A program made the position numbers and the translations under genes. A stretch of DNA of 64,000 bases from Callorhinchus milii (Eukaryota), in the NCBI RefSeq assembly GCF_018977255.1, contig NW_024704743.1, positions 101,062,001 through 101,126,000 on the forward strand, written 5' to 3'. Positions 12,081-24,781 of the stretch are shown piece after piece. Positions within the stretch are counted from its first letter, which is position 1. Each line of letters opens with the position of its first letter. The notes under the pieces were generated by a model. That model was not told the origin of the DNA. It did no database searches and saw only the letters and a program-made list of their open reading frames with translations.

Positions 12081-13044
12081 CTGTTTTAAGAAAGGAGCAG
12101 AGATTAATTTTTTTAGTCTCAGGTCTCGGTGAAAATGTGAAATCTGGAAACTCCCCAAACCAATATTAAACTGTTTAATCTTCTACACCTTTTAGGAAAC
12201 TAAAACACAATTCTCAGTGTGGGACACACGTACAGGCTTATTATAACAAAATCCATACCATAAAAAATTGTTTATCCAGTCGACAAGAAATAATCAATTT
12301 AATGGACTCTGAAGTATGGCAGGTACAAGTCAAGACAAGATGAATGATGAAATAACGGAGAGGAGAAGGTGTTGCTTTTTATAAATGGATAATTATTTCT
12401 CACCAGCCTAATAGTTTTATGTGCTCAATCATTTTCTACTGCTGCTTTGGAGAGCCAATCCTACACTCCACTCTTCTCATTATACTTCCTTCTAAATTAT
12501 GGTTTATAGCAGAATAAAATGGAATGAGTAAAGAAATCTATTAGTGGCCGTGCTGAAACCTTGGATTCTGGGAATGGGAACGACACCTGTTGCTTTGAAG
12601 TAATTCCTTTCGATCCATTTCCTAGTCTTGTCATCAATTAAAGAGTGTGAACACTTTCTCGTCTGCTCTTTATTCTTCTGGTTGGACAACTATTTGACGT
12701 GGCATCTTTTCCCCTGTCCCGCCATACATTATAGATAAATGTGAAGCTTTAAAGAGCTCCTGAGCAAAGCCTACCTTACATAAAAGTTTGAATACTTTAA
12801 AACATAAATGAGGGGAGAATCTGAATCGAATAGAGAATAATTCTCAATAACTGCATGGTGAAATAAACGGCTTTGAATTATCTTCAAAGATGAACTGTTT
12901 TGTCTTCTGTTGATAGCACAGTTAAGATAATTTCAGTAGTAACATAAAAGCAACACCACATAACACTGGAGTAACATGCAAACCAAAATAATAATTGTGA
13001 AACTGAAGCAAGAGAGAATAATCTCTTTAAAAGATATTCAAAGT

Positions 13045-13200
13045 TGCTTATGTTAAAGCCCCCACAGGACTTTGAGTTCATAGTATATGCAGGTGCTTCA
13101 GTACCATGCTGGGGAGGGGTTGCAATGTTAGAGGAGCTGTACTTTGGATGAGACATTAAACTGAGGTCCTAACTGCCGGCTTAGGTGGACGTTAAAAGTT
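13045..13200 (+). mobile_element. Deu-SINE fragment
   Basis: ggactttgag..ctttggatgagacattaaactgaggtcc..aggtggacgttaaa. Confidence 0.65.
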
Positions 13201-13299
13201 CCTAAGTGATTTTATCCTGGGAATTGTTGGCCAGGAAGATATGAACCTAGGCTGGCACAGTCACCATTTGGTATCTCTCCAACTAATCTTCATGCATGT

Positions 13300-13572
13300 G
13301 CCTAGAGAGGGAGCAACAACAGGGTATGACAACGGATCCCAGCCCTAACTTCTCCCATTATCACACATTTGCAATTTTCCAACAAATATTACTGGCTAAT
13401 GATCAGGAACAGGAAATTAGGTTGATATTTTTCCCCTCCCATCTCAGAAGTTGTTACGGCTAATTGTGACCCCACTGTGATCAATGAACTCAAGAGGATC
13501 CAGGGAAAGAAACTGGGAAATTACTGATATTCATTGGTCAGTTTCATATTGGCAGTACTTTTCCAACTGAGC
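13300..13572 (-). mobile_element. LF-SINE-like element (old)
   Basis: gatcaggaacaggaa..tgatattttcccctccc..ggctaattgt..gatcaatgaactca..ccaactgagc resembles the antisense LF-SINE consensus as recalled; similar to 52930-53205. Confidence 0.5.
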
Positions 13573-14715
13573 TTGGGGGGGGAATAGCAAATGAGAAAGG
13601 AAAAGAGAGGGTGTGGTGGTGTGGATGATCACTGAGCATTAGACTTCAGCTGAACCTTACATTTAAAAAAAAGATTTCCCATGACTTTCATTAGAAAAAA
13701 ATTCCTGCAATCTTAAGTATACAAAATATTGAAAGAACTTCAAAGTAGGATTTAAAAAGCTTAAAATATGTATCAAAAATACATATGGGATCCATTAAGC
13801 AATTATTGTTGAGATGTACGAGTGTTCAAACAAGTACCAATCTGATCTAGTGCACAAATTCTTTACACATCATTGCTTTCAGTCACAGCATCCTTTACAG
13901 CAGTACAGTGTTGGAGAAATAAAATTGTTTACATTATTAAACCATTAATGATGAGCTGCAAAGGACCAGATTTCTCAAAGGATTACAGTCACCATCTGCT
14001 TATAATCAAACATCCCCTCAACAGGCTAACTACCCTGGACACCTGTAGAGATCTGCATCTCAGCAGACTACAAATTTTATAAATAAACGACAGCTGTTTC
14101 TAAAGAAGTTTAATAAAAAAATCAAATATTATTTTCTTACAAAGGCTGTTTGACTCACAGCCATAGCAAGGCTACAGAGTTCCCATCCTTTGTACACAAG
14201 TGGGTGCTGGTAACCATCTCCAGTGGGAGAGAACATATCCACTGACATGTTCTTCAATTTATTTTAATAAGAATGACTTTCTCCTTGGCAAGTTTAAATA
14301 TTCCCCTAGTTTTGGTGGATTTCCAACATCATATGTGGAAGAGGACCTCTGTATTTGAATGTTAATCTCTAGCAATAGTTTTCTTTCTCCATGAACTGCC
14401 TACAAATCGTCACTACATTTCACAGTAAAAATCCTCTAAACGCACTGTTTGAGACATTTTGACTTTGTATCAAATGTAAGGTTTTTCTTTTCTAAAAATG
14501 CTATTATTATTACAGTATTAAAGAATAAACAGGAAAGCAATGCAGTGAGTTCATACAAAGCTGAAGACTCCCATGTTTTAAACTCAGTGCTCCCTGCACC
14601 CCCTCCACTCTAAAGATTATATGTGGGCAGGACAATTTACCTCCAATAAAAGCATTGCACTAGCACAATCCTGTTCCAAAGTATATTCCCTCCCCCAAGA
14701 ACTCATTGCTCACTG

Positions 14716-16767
14716 ATAAGAACATAAGAACATAAGAATTAGGAGCAGGAGTAGGCCATTCGGCCCTTCGTGCCTGCTCCGCCATTCAATAAGATCATGG
14801 ATGATCTTCTCACCTAACTCTGATTACCTGCCCTATCCCCATATCCCCTAATCCCTCTATTTTTCAAGAATCTATCAGTCTCAGCCTTGAAAATGTTCAA
14901 GGACTGAGCATCTACAGCCTTCTGGGGTGGTGAATTCCATAAGTTCATTACCCTCTGAGTGAAGAAATGTTTCCTCAACTCTGTTCTGAGAGGCTGACCC
15001 TTAATTTTAAGACTGTGACCCCTGGTTATAGATTCTCCTACCAGGAGAAACAGTCCTTCTGTGTCTACTTTATCCAGCCCTTTAAGAATCTTATAAGTTT
15101 CAATAAGATCCCCCCCTAATTCTTCTGTACACTAGAGAATATAGCCCTAGTTTATTCAGCCTATCCTCATAGGTCAGTCCCCTCATCCCAGGAACTAACC
15201 GAGTGAATCTAGGCTGCACCCCCTCTAGAGCAAGTATGTCCTTTTTTAAATAAGGAGACCAAAACTGCACACAATACTCCAGGTGCGGTCTCACCAAAGC
15301 CCTATACAGTTGCAGCAAGACTTCCCTACTCTTATATTCTAAACCCTTCAAAATGAACGCTAACATGCCGTTCGCTTTCTTAGTTGCTTGCTGCACCTGC
15401 AAACTAACTTTTTGGGACTGGTGTACAAGGACACCCAAATCCCTTTGAATACTAACTCTATCTAACTTCTCCCCTTCCAGAAAATAATCTGTTCTTTTAT
15501 TCTTGCAACCAAGGTGAATAATTTCACACTTGCTAACATTGAATTCCATCTGCCACCTACTTGCCCACTCCCCTAGCCTATCTATATCGTGTTGCAATCT
15601 TTTTGCATCATCCTGAGAGCTCACTCTGCTACCTAGTTTAGTATCATCCACGAATTTAGACACATTACATTCAATGTCCTCGTCCAGATCATTGATGCAA
15701 ATGGTAAATAGCTGAGGCCCAAGCACTGATCCTTGTGGCACTCCACTAGTTACATCCTGCCAATTCGAGAATGATCCGTTTATCACTACTCTCTGCTTTC
15801 TACCCGATAGCCACTCTTTTATCCATGTTAATATTTTACCATTAATCCCGTGGGCCTTGATCTTGAGTAACACCCTTTTGTGTGGCACCTTGTCAAATGC
15901 CTTCCTAAAACCAAATATACCACATCTATTGGTTACTCCTTATCCAACCTGCTGGATACATCCTCAAAAAATTCTAAAAGGTTAGTCAAGCATGACTTCC
16001 CTTTTGTAAAGCTATGTTGACTCTACCTAATCTTTTTATGGTCTTCCAGATATCCCATACCTTTCCCAATTTGGTTGTCCCAGTCTATGTGCAGGTTAAA
16101 ATCACCCACAATTAGTGTCTTTCCTTTGCTACATGCTCTACTAATCTCTTGATTTTTACCTTGAGCGATACTTTGACCACTGTTTGGGGGTCTATAAACT
16201 ACTCCCACTATAGTTTTCTGCCCCTTGAAGTTACATATCTCTACCCATACTGACTCTACATCTTGCTTTTCAGATTTAAAATCTTTCCTCTCTACTGTTT
16301 TCATCCCATCCTTTATTAGCAGGGCCACTCCCCCTCCTCGGTTACCACATCGCCTATCTTTCCTATATACCATGTAGCCGGGAATATTCAGTTCCCATCC
16401 CTGATCACCCTGGAACCATGTCTCGGTGATGGCTACTAGATCATACCGGTTTGTCTCTATTTGTGCAACTAATTCATCTATCTTGTTACGAATGCTTCGT
16501 GCATTCAGATATAGCGCCCTTAATTCTGACTTCCGGCTGTTAACCCTATTCACCAGCACTCTATCACTGTACTTCCTTTCCCTGCTTGACACACTTTGCT
16601 CTTCTCCCTTGTTAATCTGCTCTCTTGCTTTTGTTGATCTCAAGTTTAACTGTGGTGGACTATACTTTACTATGTTTTTACCTCCCCCCTTAGTAGTTTA
16701 AAACCCTTTCTACCTCCCTATTTATTCGCGTAGCTAGGACATTTGTCCCAGCCCTATTTAGATAGAC
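14716..16767 (-). mobile_element. CR1 LINE, 5'-truncated in ORF1, large internal ORF2 deletion, intact 3' UTR with (TTCTTATG)n tail
   Basis: ORF1 end YLNRAGTNVL; APE endonuclease motifs LYLNARSI, ITETW, VYRPP, GDFN; RT motifs SGVPQGSVLGP, FVDDTKL, RPHLEYCVQFWSP; stops and a frameshift near 15900-16025. Confidence 0.95.
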
Positions 16768-16893
16768 CACACACTTTCCCACCAGGAGACAAGGAGCCTC
16801 AAGAGAAGTTACTGAGTCGGGTGCCTGCAACACAGTCTCCCTATATGTAAAAAAGCACAGTGATCACTCTGCAGAAATCTTCGGATATCCATT

Positions 16894-17030
16894 TAATAAT
16901 AATTCTTACATTTGATATAGCACCTTTCACATCAGAAAGATGCATCAAAGCACTTCACAGAATGCAGTGTAAAGTGCAGTGACTGGGTTTTGTAGGTAAT
17001 AAAGGCACAGCAGAGGCCTGCCACAACAAA
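16894..17030 (-). mobile_element. SINE 3' fragment
   Basis: taataataattcttacatttgatatagcacc..cacttcacag..gtaaagtgcagtgactg. Confidence 0.7.
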
Positions 17031-17721
17031 AAAGCCTCCAGGTGAGAATATGGCTGCAGAAGTCACAACCCTGATGATATTGGACAAGGCACAGCTGAAA
17101 TACTGAACATCGCTGTGAGCTGGAGTGAAACAATACCAAAAGAAGTGGTTCTTCAATGTGAACACATCATGTTTCTTCTCAGATCTATTCACGCAGTTTT
17201 AAAATGTGAATCAGACTTCATAACCTTCGCAGGAGTAATAAACTCACAATTACATTCAAGGTCAATGGAGTTAAGCTCCAAATGCTCAATCTAAAGGAAG
17301 GACCACCCTATCCATTAGGGCTTTGGTTTGCAGGATTAACAGGTGTTGAGTAGGAAGAATTCCTGCCCACTGACTGGTCTGCCTTTCCAAGTTCTGCCAA
17401 TGTGCCAGGCTGGCTGGGCTGTCATCAGCAGTGTCCTGGAGTTCTGGGGACCCTCATGGCTCAGGAACCAGACTGAGGATTGATTCTGATTACAACATTC
17501 CATTGCCAAGCATGTCACCTTGGAGGAGCCCCCACTTAAATCACGCCCTCAGCACCCCTATCCACGAGGATAGACAACACTGGGTTCTTCAGTTGGCTCC
17601 AGGTCAGCTCTCAAGGTGGTCAAAGTCTCTGTCCCCATTAAAGTGAATAGGAGTGCCCTGGGACACATACAAATTCTCTGTAACCAACATCATTAGAATA
17701 ACTGAAAGAGCAGCCTAGGTT

Positions 17722-18025
17722 ATAATAATCCTTGCATTTGATATAGGGTTTTTCACATCTTCTAGATGTCTCAAAGCGCTTCACAGAATATACCGTAAAG
17801 TGAATTGACTATATTTGTGGGCTAAACGGGTCAGCCAATTATGCACAGCAGTGTCCCACAAACAGTCGTAGATTAAAGTGGCCAATTTATTTATTTTTTT
17901 CCTTGAGGTATTATTATCAGGCGTGTGGAGTAAGGAAACTTGCACAAGGTATCGCCCTGCTGGGAATCAAACCCAAGTCTCTCGCTTGCGAGGCGCGTGC
18001 GCTAACCACTGAGCTGTAGGACTCC
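17722..18025 (-). mobile_element. tRNA(Ala-like)-derived SINE, short subfamily, full length
   Basis: ggagtcctacagctcagtggttagcgcacgcgcctcgcaagcgagagacttgggtttgattcccagc head; same internal deletion as 2521-2831. Confidence 0.88.
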
Positions 18026-21000
18026 TGCACAGGTTGCACAAAGCTAGAAAAATTATACTTAATAACTGGTTACAATGTATGTTTACGATTATATTTTATG
18101 TCCAGCACAGATGAGCAATTCCTCTGAATATTAAGTGCTCAACCTTATGTTTCATGCTCCCTTAAACGTAGAATAACAAGCCATTACATATTGGACAAGA
18201 CAACACATCTTTATAATCATCAGTAGAGATGCAAATTGTTACAATTTTAATTTGTAAAGTACATCACTACATTTGAAACTGATGAATATCTCTTACACAA
18301 ACCATCTGTTCCCCTATTAGATTTGTGTGCTCCCTTAAGATATCACTAATGTCTTCCTGTGTCTTAATTATAGACATGTCCCTGGTGTTGAAGTCTCTTC
18401 AAGCCCTCACAACTTTGCAGCTTCTTAAATCTCTCGACTAGTCACAAACCTTGAAACAAAATGTGCTTATGGCTTTCAGTACAAGTGTTTATAAATCCCT
18501 AGTGAAACTCAGAAGTTCATCTACTGCACATATAACATTATCTGTCATTCTGTTCAGATAGACACGGGGCTCACCAAAAAAAAGTGACTGCACTTGCACC
18601 GACCACTGAATCTTTTTGTAACACAGCCTCTTGTGCAGTGTTCTTCCACTCAATTTGGTTGCTGTACAGGGACCTTTGGAAAATCGCTTTTGAAAAGAAA
18701 AACGTGGTGAGCAAAATGGGGTGTATTGTTCTGCTCCTAGTGATGTTCCAGTCGGTGACTTGGAGTGTGTGTTCACCCGAACTTCATTCGAGTGGATGTA
18801 TCCATATTGGCTTGTGGCAGCCATTGAGTCAGCGAACGGCCCCTTTGAAACTCCCACTGATCAAATCCCAGTATTACATTGCCAGTTGGCAGAATACCTG
18901 CTCAACACAACTTTAGAAGTGGTTGGCGCCATCAGCCATTATTTTTCCCTTACAATTGTATGAACAAGCTTGTTTTACTTGCCAGAGCAATTGCAACATT
19001 GAATTGAGAACAACAACTTGCAATTAGAAAGCACCCCTCGTGCACAGTGTAGCGTCTCAGAATGCTTGATGTGTGCACATCGAAAATGAATCCGGTATTA
19101 GACTAGCAATGCAATTACAAATCAACCGTGTACATTTACAACAACTGCACATCAGCAACTGTAGTTCAGATAGTATTTTACAGTGCTGTGCAACATTTCA
19201 CTTATCTATAATGGACATCACAGCATCAAGCAACTCTACAGAAATGATCTATGCTACTGCAGATACAAGACCAAATATCTAATGTTCTCCCAGCCATTCA
19301 TCTTACAAAATTAACCCAGTTAAATCACATTGCGTTACTATATAAATATCAGTAAAATTAATTTTAAAATTAAATGTACCAATTGTGTAAAATCAATATG
19401 CTGGGTCATAAATTGTTTCACGAGCACAGCATGTCACATTAAATTGAGCCACATTATCCAGATTATGAATATTTACTCTTCATGGTCACAAATCACCAAG
19501 CACGTTTGCAATAACGTATGTTAAATAATGACTCAAGGGTATTGTTTTTAATCTCCCATCACCTGGTTACACTAACAGAAGCAGTAGCAGCCTCCACTGA
19601 AAATTTATAATTCACATATATTAACAATCAAACAATTAAATAATAAATAAATAGATGATAAATTAACACATGCTACAAGCATCATAGCAACATCACTTAA
19701 TTACAGAGCGGATATTTGAGGATCGCTCATGTTGAAGCCACACTATTTGTGAAAGACTGAGCAGCAGATAATATTGTAGTGACTGTCCAAATAGCCAAAC
19801 ACACCTAATTTTGTCTGTCAGCAATTTGAACAATGAGCTAAAATTCACACAAATTCTCAAATGAACATAATGTGATAGAAAAGGTTCAATAAATAATTCA
19901 AACGGTAGCCAAAAGAGGTTGAGAAGAAAAATAAACACAGATGCTCCATGTCACCATAAATTGACTTGAGAGAAAACAACAATTTGAAAATAAGGACACA
20001 TTCATTATTTTCAAATATTCCTGACCTCTAGTACATTTTTTAAACCTACCCCGTGTGAAGGGCGCTATGTAAATGCAAGCTGCTGTTTTGGTGTTCATCT
20101 TCTCCAGCTTTGTGGTTAGTTTATATTAATTAACTTGCTCATGAATCCCACACTCTGATCCAATTCACATTCTTCTCCCCTCCGTTGAGAACACAGAGGT
20201 CACCACAGAGAATGAAGTGAGGCGGAGGTGGGGTAAGGGGGGATTGTCTTTGCAAATTTAATTTGAATTACCAAATGTACTGCTAAGTATGCAAATTTAT
20301 ATAAGATATTCCAAATATTTTCTTATTAATAAATAATCAATGGTTAAAGTAAATTACTTTGAACCACAAGGTTCTTATCAATATGTGAATAACGCGATTT
20401 ACTTCTGGGCTCTCCACCTCCGATGGCTGAGTCACCTTTGCCAAACAGTTTCAAGACACCTGGCAGGAGTTGTACAAGAGATTCCCAACTCTTGTCTAAC
20501 CCTTCCTCCACCAACTGGCATAAAATGCAGTCATTGTTTAAGTGGACCAGCCACACACACATATATGTAGTGAATGTAGAATTGGCTTTCATGGTCCTGG
20601 TATGGTGGGAGGGGACTGGGATTTTATGGACCACAACTACTAACTTGTAATGGGGCTCTACTGTAAGAGGGTCTTCTAACATATGATTATGCTGCAGCAT
20701 CTTTGGTCTTCACAGCTTCATGTCACTAATCAGGGTATTCTGGTTGCACTCCAGAGCAGGTATCACTGTGATCATGTAGTCAAGGACAATAACACCTTGA
20801 CTGAGCTAATAACTACATCCAATAAAGGCTGTAATGCAAAATACACCATCTTTTGACTTTGTAGAAAGTACTTTTACATTGACACAAAATAACAACTCTC
20901 AGACCAAAGAATGCTCCAGAATATTTTTTTTTCTTATGCATTCCTTCATTGCAGCCTTGATGGCAAGTTACTTAAGTTCAAATTGCAGTCCCACTGCTTT

Positions 21001-21304
21001 TGTTAGTCCTTGACGTATTATGCCTTTCCCTTGTAAAGCCCCCACAAAATGTTTCTCGATTGTTGTTGCATCAGCAGAAATGCCAACAAACCTAATGACT
21101 ACTGACTTTTAGTCTTGGTGATTTAAACCTTGAGTGCAGCCCAAGATTACGGAATAATACTTGGCTTTCTTAATTTGGGTCACAATTGAGATGCCAGGAA
21201 TAATGAGCTAAATGATTTCATTTATTTTTCTTTAAATAATGGTGAAATATTTCCAGTCTTAAAAACACTGAAGGCTCTTAGCATTAACTAGGTCAAACAT
21301 ATAG

Positions 21305-21707
21305 CAACAATGATCCTTGCATTTGATATACATGTCTCAATACACTTTGCAGGATTTACTGTGCATTATCTAGCTGGGTTCAGAAGCCAATTTGCACAGA
21401 ACAATTTCTCACAAAGATCCATGAACTGAATGACAAACTTTATCAGTGAGCATTGTTGGCCAGGGCACCAGGAGCAAGTGCCTTCTGTTATCAAATAGTG
21501 CCATGAGATCATTAACATCCACTTGAACAAGCTGACAGGACCTCAATTTAATGTCTCATCTGAAAGATGGCATCTCTGACAATTTAGCACTCCCCCAATA
21601 TCGCAACTGGAATATCAGCCTAGACTGTGAGGTGAAAGTCTCTACGTGGGGCTTAAACCCACAACCTTCTGACTCGGAGGCAAGAGTACTACCTGTGGGG
21701 CCAGGTC
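21305..21707 (-). mobile_element. Deu-domain SINE, near full length
   Basis: Colinear with 3704-4272 and 28240-28598. Confidence 0.8.
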
Positions 21708-23406
21708 AACACAAATTTCAGCAAAAATTCCATGTGATACCCCAAAAAATGTCATTACCACACGTGCAGACATCGCTGCTTATACCTTGACAGCAAGTGT
21801 ATTTTTCATTCAAGGGTTGAATGATATGGCCACGTTAGTGACTTGACCTTTTTTCAATTAGAAGCCATCTTTTGTCATCCACATCTTGATTCAAATTCAA
21901 TACACGTCCTCCCGACGTGAAAAGCGCTATATCAAATGCAAGGATTATTATTATTATTATTATGGTCTAATTCTTTTGCCGAGTGGCAGTGTTCGCCAAG
22001 GATCATAAACGTTGAATCCTGCTGTCCTGGTCACCATCAGGTTTCCCCATTAGCAACAGCGACAACTCCAGTCAGTAACTAATCTACCCAAACAAGAGCC
22101 ACAGTAAAGCAGATCTGATGGAATGATTTCAAATACTAAAGAAAACATACCAGCACATAAAATGTTCTATGAATATTATTCTTGTTACAATCACTCCAAA
22201 TCAGACACAAATTAGCTCTTATCCTAACTCAGTATGTGCAAAATTAAGTCAGGGGGAAGGGAGGGGGGGAAGAGATATTTTATTTCCATCACTAAAATAC
22301 CAAAATAGGTTCTATGATGGAACCAGGCAATGGTGCTCAGATCCTAAAAATGACTTACTGTTCCCTGAGAACCACATAAAATAACTAACAGCCTAAAGTT
22401 TATTATCCAGGAAAAAATGTAACCATTATAGTACAAATTATAAATCAATACTACATGGCTTATTATCATATTACACTTGGTGTGCAACACAGAAACACAA
22501 TTTTTTTTAGCACAGAAGATGGCCATTCAGATCCTTATATCAGTGTCAGATTCTGTTTGGGGGTGGGGGAGGAAAAGAGGAATGAAGGAATCACATATTT
22601 GTCAGTGTCCCAACTCCAAGAATGCACGTCTTTCCAGTGCCTTAAGACACTGCCGACTGTGGTGTTATGCTGTACAGTTTTGCATATTTGCGGAAAGTAA
22701 ATTGTGTTGCCTTGTCATTAGGCTAAAATGTAAAAATAATGAATTAGTCCTCTGTACTTGACAGTGCTACTGACACCTTATTTATTTCCTCCAGCAATTC
22801 TAGATGACTAGTGTGCAATCCGCATTTGTCCAACCCACACACATATCAACGTGCAACTAATTTATTGAAGATCATTAGTTATTCTTGACTGCGTCCAATT
22901 CCGAATGATTCTAGCATCTAACAGTGTTGGGTCACAAGTAACTATTTCTTTGCAAAACAAGTCGAGATGATCAGCATTCGAAGTTGCAGAATGATCAAGG
23001 CTGAAAATTACGAGGTGCGATGTGTAAATCATCATCATTGACATTCAGCACATTACACATCACAATTTTCATCACAATCTTGTTTTCTGCGTATCATGTA
23101 TTCAGATTACATTACTTTAATTGACAAATGCTGGCCTGCAGGCTTCATGCTATGTTGACTAAAATTATGATTTTAGATGGTATTCACATAATAATTATGA
23201 TTGTCCTTTTTTTGCTCAATTTTGGTACCTAACCATTAAAAACTAGCTGTCAAATTATAATTTTTGCAAATGATATAGCGGCTGTAACTTTCAAATATCT
23301 GGAAGCAATTTGAAGTGAATTGTTGTAAGTTTGTGTATTTGCAGTGAAATATGATAGACAATTTACGCACAAATGTTAAAAACTGAAGCAACTGACCAGG
23401 ACTTCT

Positions 23407-23780
23407 GGAGTCCTGTAGCTCAGTGGTTAGAGCACTCACCTCGCAAACAAGAGGCCCTGGGTTTAATTCCCAGCAGGGCGAAATATTGGGCAAGTTTCCT
23501 TACTCCACACACCTCTGTTTACCTAGCACTAAGTGGGAACCCGGTTGTTAGTCAATTGGCAAATCGCTTTTCTAGGGATAATAATCCCTCAAAAAAATAT
23601 AATAATTTGGTCACTCAATCCACGACAGTTTGTGGGACACTGTTGTGCGCAATTGGCTGCCTTGTTTCGCCCACAAACATACAGTCAATTCACTTTATAG
23701 TATATTCTGTGAAGTGCTTTGAGATGTCTAGAAGATGTGATAAGGTGCTATATCAAATGCAAGGATTATTACTATTATTA
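23407..23780 (+). mobile_element. tRNA-SINE long subfamily, full length, TSD tgacca
   Basis: A/B-box-like head, CORE-like segment, Deu-like 3' part, L2-like tail; tgacca at 23393-23398 and 23781-23786. Confidence 0.9.
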
Positions 23781-24422
23781 TGACCAATTTAACTGGAGGG
23801 GTACTGGCCAGGATACCAGGAGCAACCTCTTTACAAATAATAACATGAGATCTTTAACGTCCACTGAACAAAAAGCAGATTTAAGTTATAACTTATCTGA
23901 AGAATGGCACCTCTGATAATGCGTTGCACCCCCAGTAATACTCTGAAGTGCCAGTCTGGTCTAGTAGCTGATTTTGTTTTTGGTAAATTAGGTGTTTGAT
24001 ACATAGGTCTGCAATGTCCTGGCCAACACTACTATATATACACTTGAATGTCACACCTGAACTGACATGCTGGAAGCAGTCACTTGTGGTAAAACGGAAA
24101 AAACAAATCTCTCGTTTTATCACTGATTCATGAATAAATACACAGATTGTAAGATCAGTGGATTCTGATAAACACTACATCCAATGGAGCACACACATGC
24201 CTTTTTGTTGCTTTACACACGACATATTACACCAAACAATTTGTAGTATTTGTATTACAGTTCATCGTATTCAGCAATGTAAACAGAATAATTCCCTGCT
24301 GTAGCTAAAGTTTATTGGAAGTCAAATATGCAATGATATTTGACACACGCCATGCTTTATAAATGAGAGAATATTCCTACAACAACAGGGTCAACTCAGA
24401 CCAATTACAACACTAAAAACTA

Positions 24423-24781
24423 CAGTCAAACCCATTTTCAGAAACCACTCAGGTGACTCAACCAAAGTGGCCTTTATGTACATGTGGCCTCTGAGTAAGA
24501 GTTTGTTGGTGTCTGTAGAATTTCTAAGTGTCTAGAAAAATACAGTGCACAATCAAACCCATACCAGTAATTACACTTAAATTCACTTAGAGGGTGAATT
24601 CACTTAGCGGCTGAAGAGGGTGTTTGTACAGTGACAGCTAAGAAAAAGACTGGCCACTGGTAGACAGGTGGCTGCTGAATAGAGATGACATATTATGGAA
24701 AATCAATTGGGATTATTCCAGGGTGGTTGTTGGGAGCAAGTGGTTGCTGAATAGAGGTGGTTGTTTCAACAGGTTTGACTG
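24423..24781. mobile_element. Tc1/mariner(pogo/Tigger)-type non-autonomous DNA element (MITE)
   Basis: TA|CAGTCAAACC ... GGTTTGACTG|TA: 10-bp TIR with TA flanks; internal gtggttgctgaatagag repeats. Confidence 0.75.

Noticed and set aside
15100..16643. 262-aa and 206-aa ORFs as host genes or an active LINE
   Set aside because: They are CR1 ORF2 pieces with an internal deletion, stops, a frameshift and FVDD in place of FADD.
18584..18963. Overlapping ORFs including a signal-peptide-like MGCIVLLLVMF
   Set aside because: No recognisable domain, splice or polyA support; consistent with chance ORFs.
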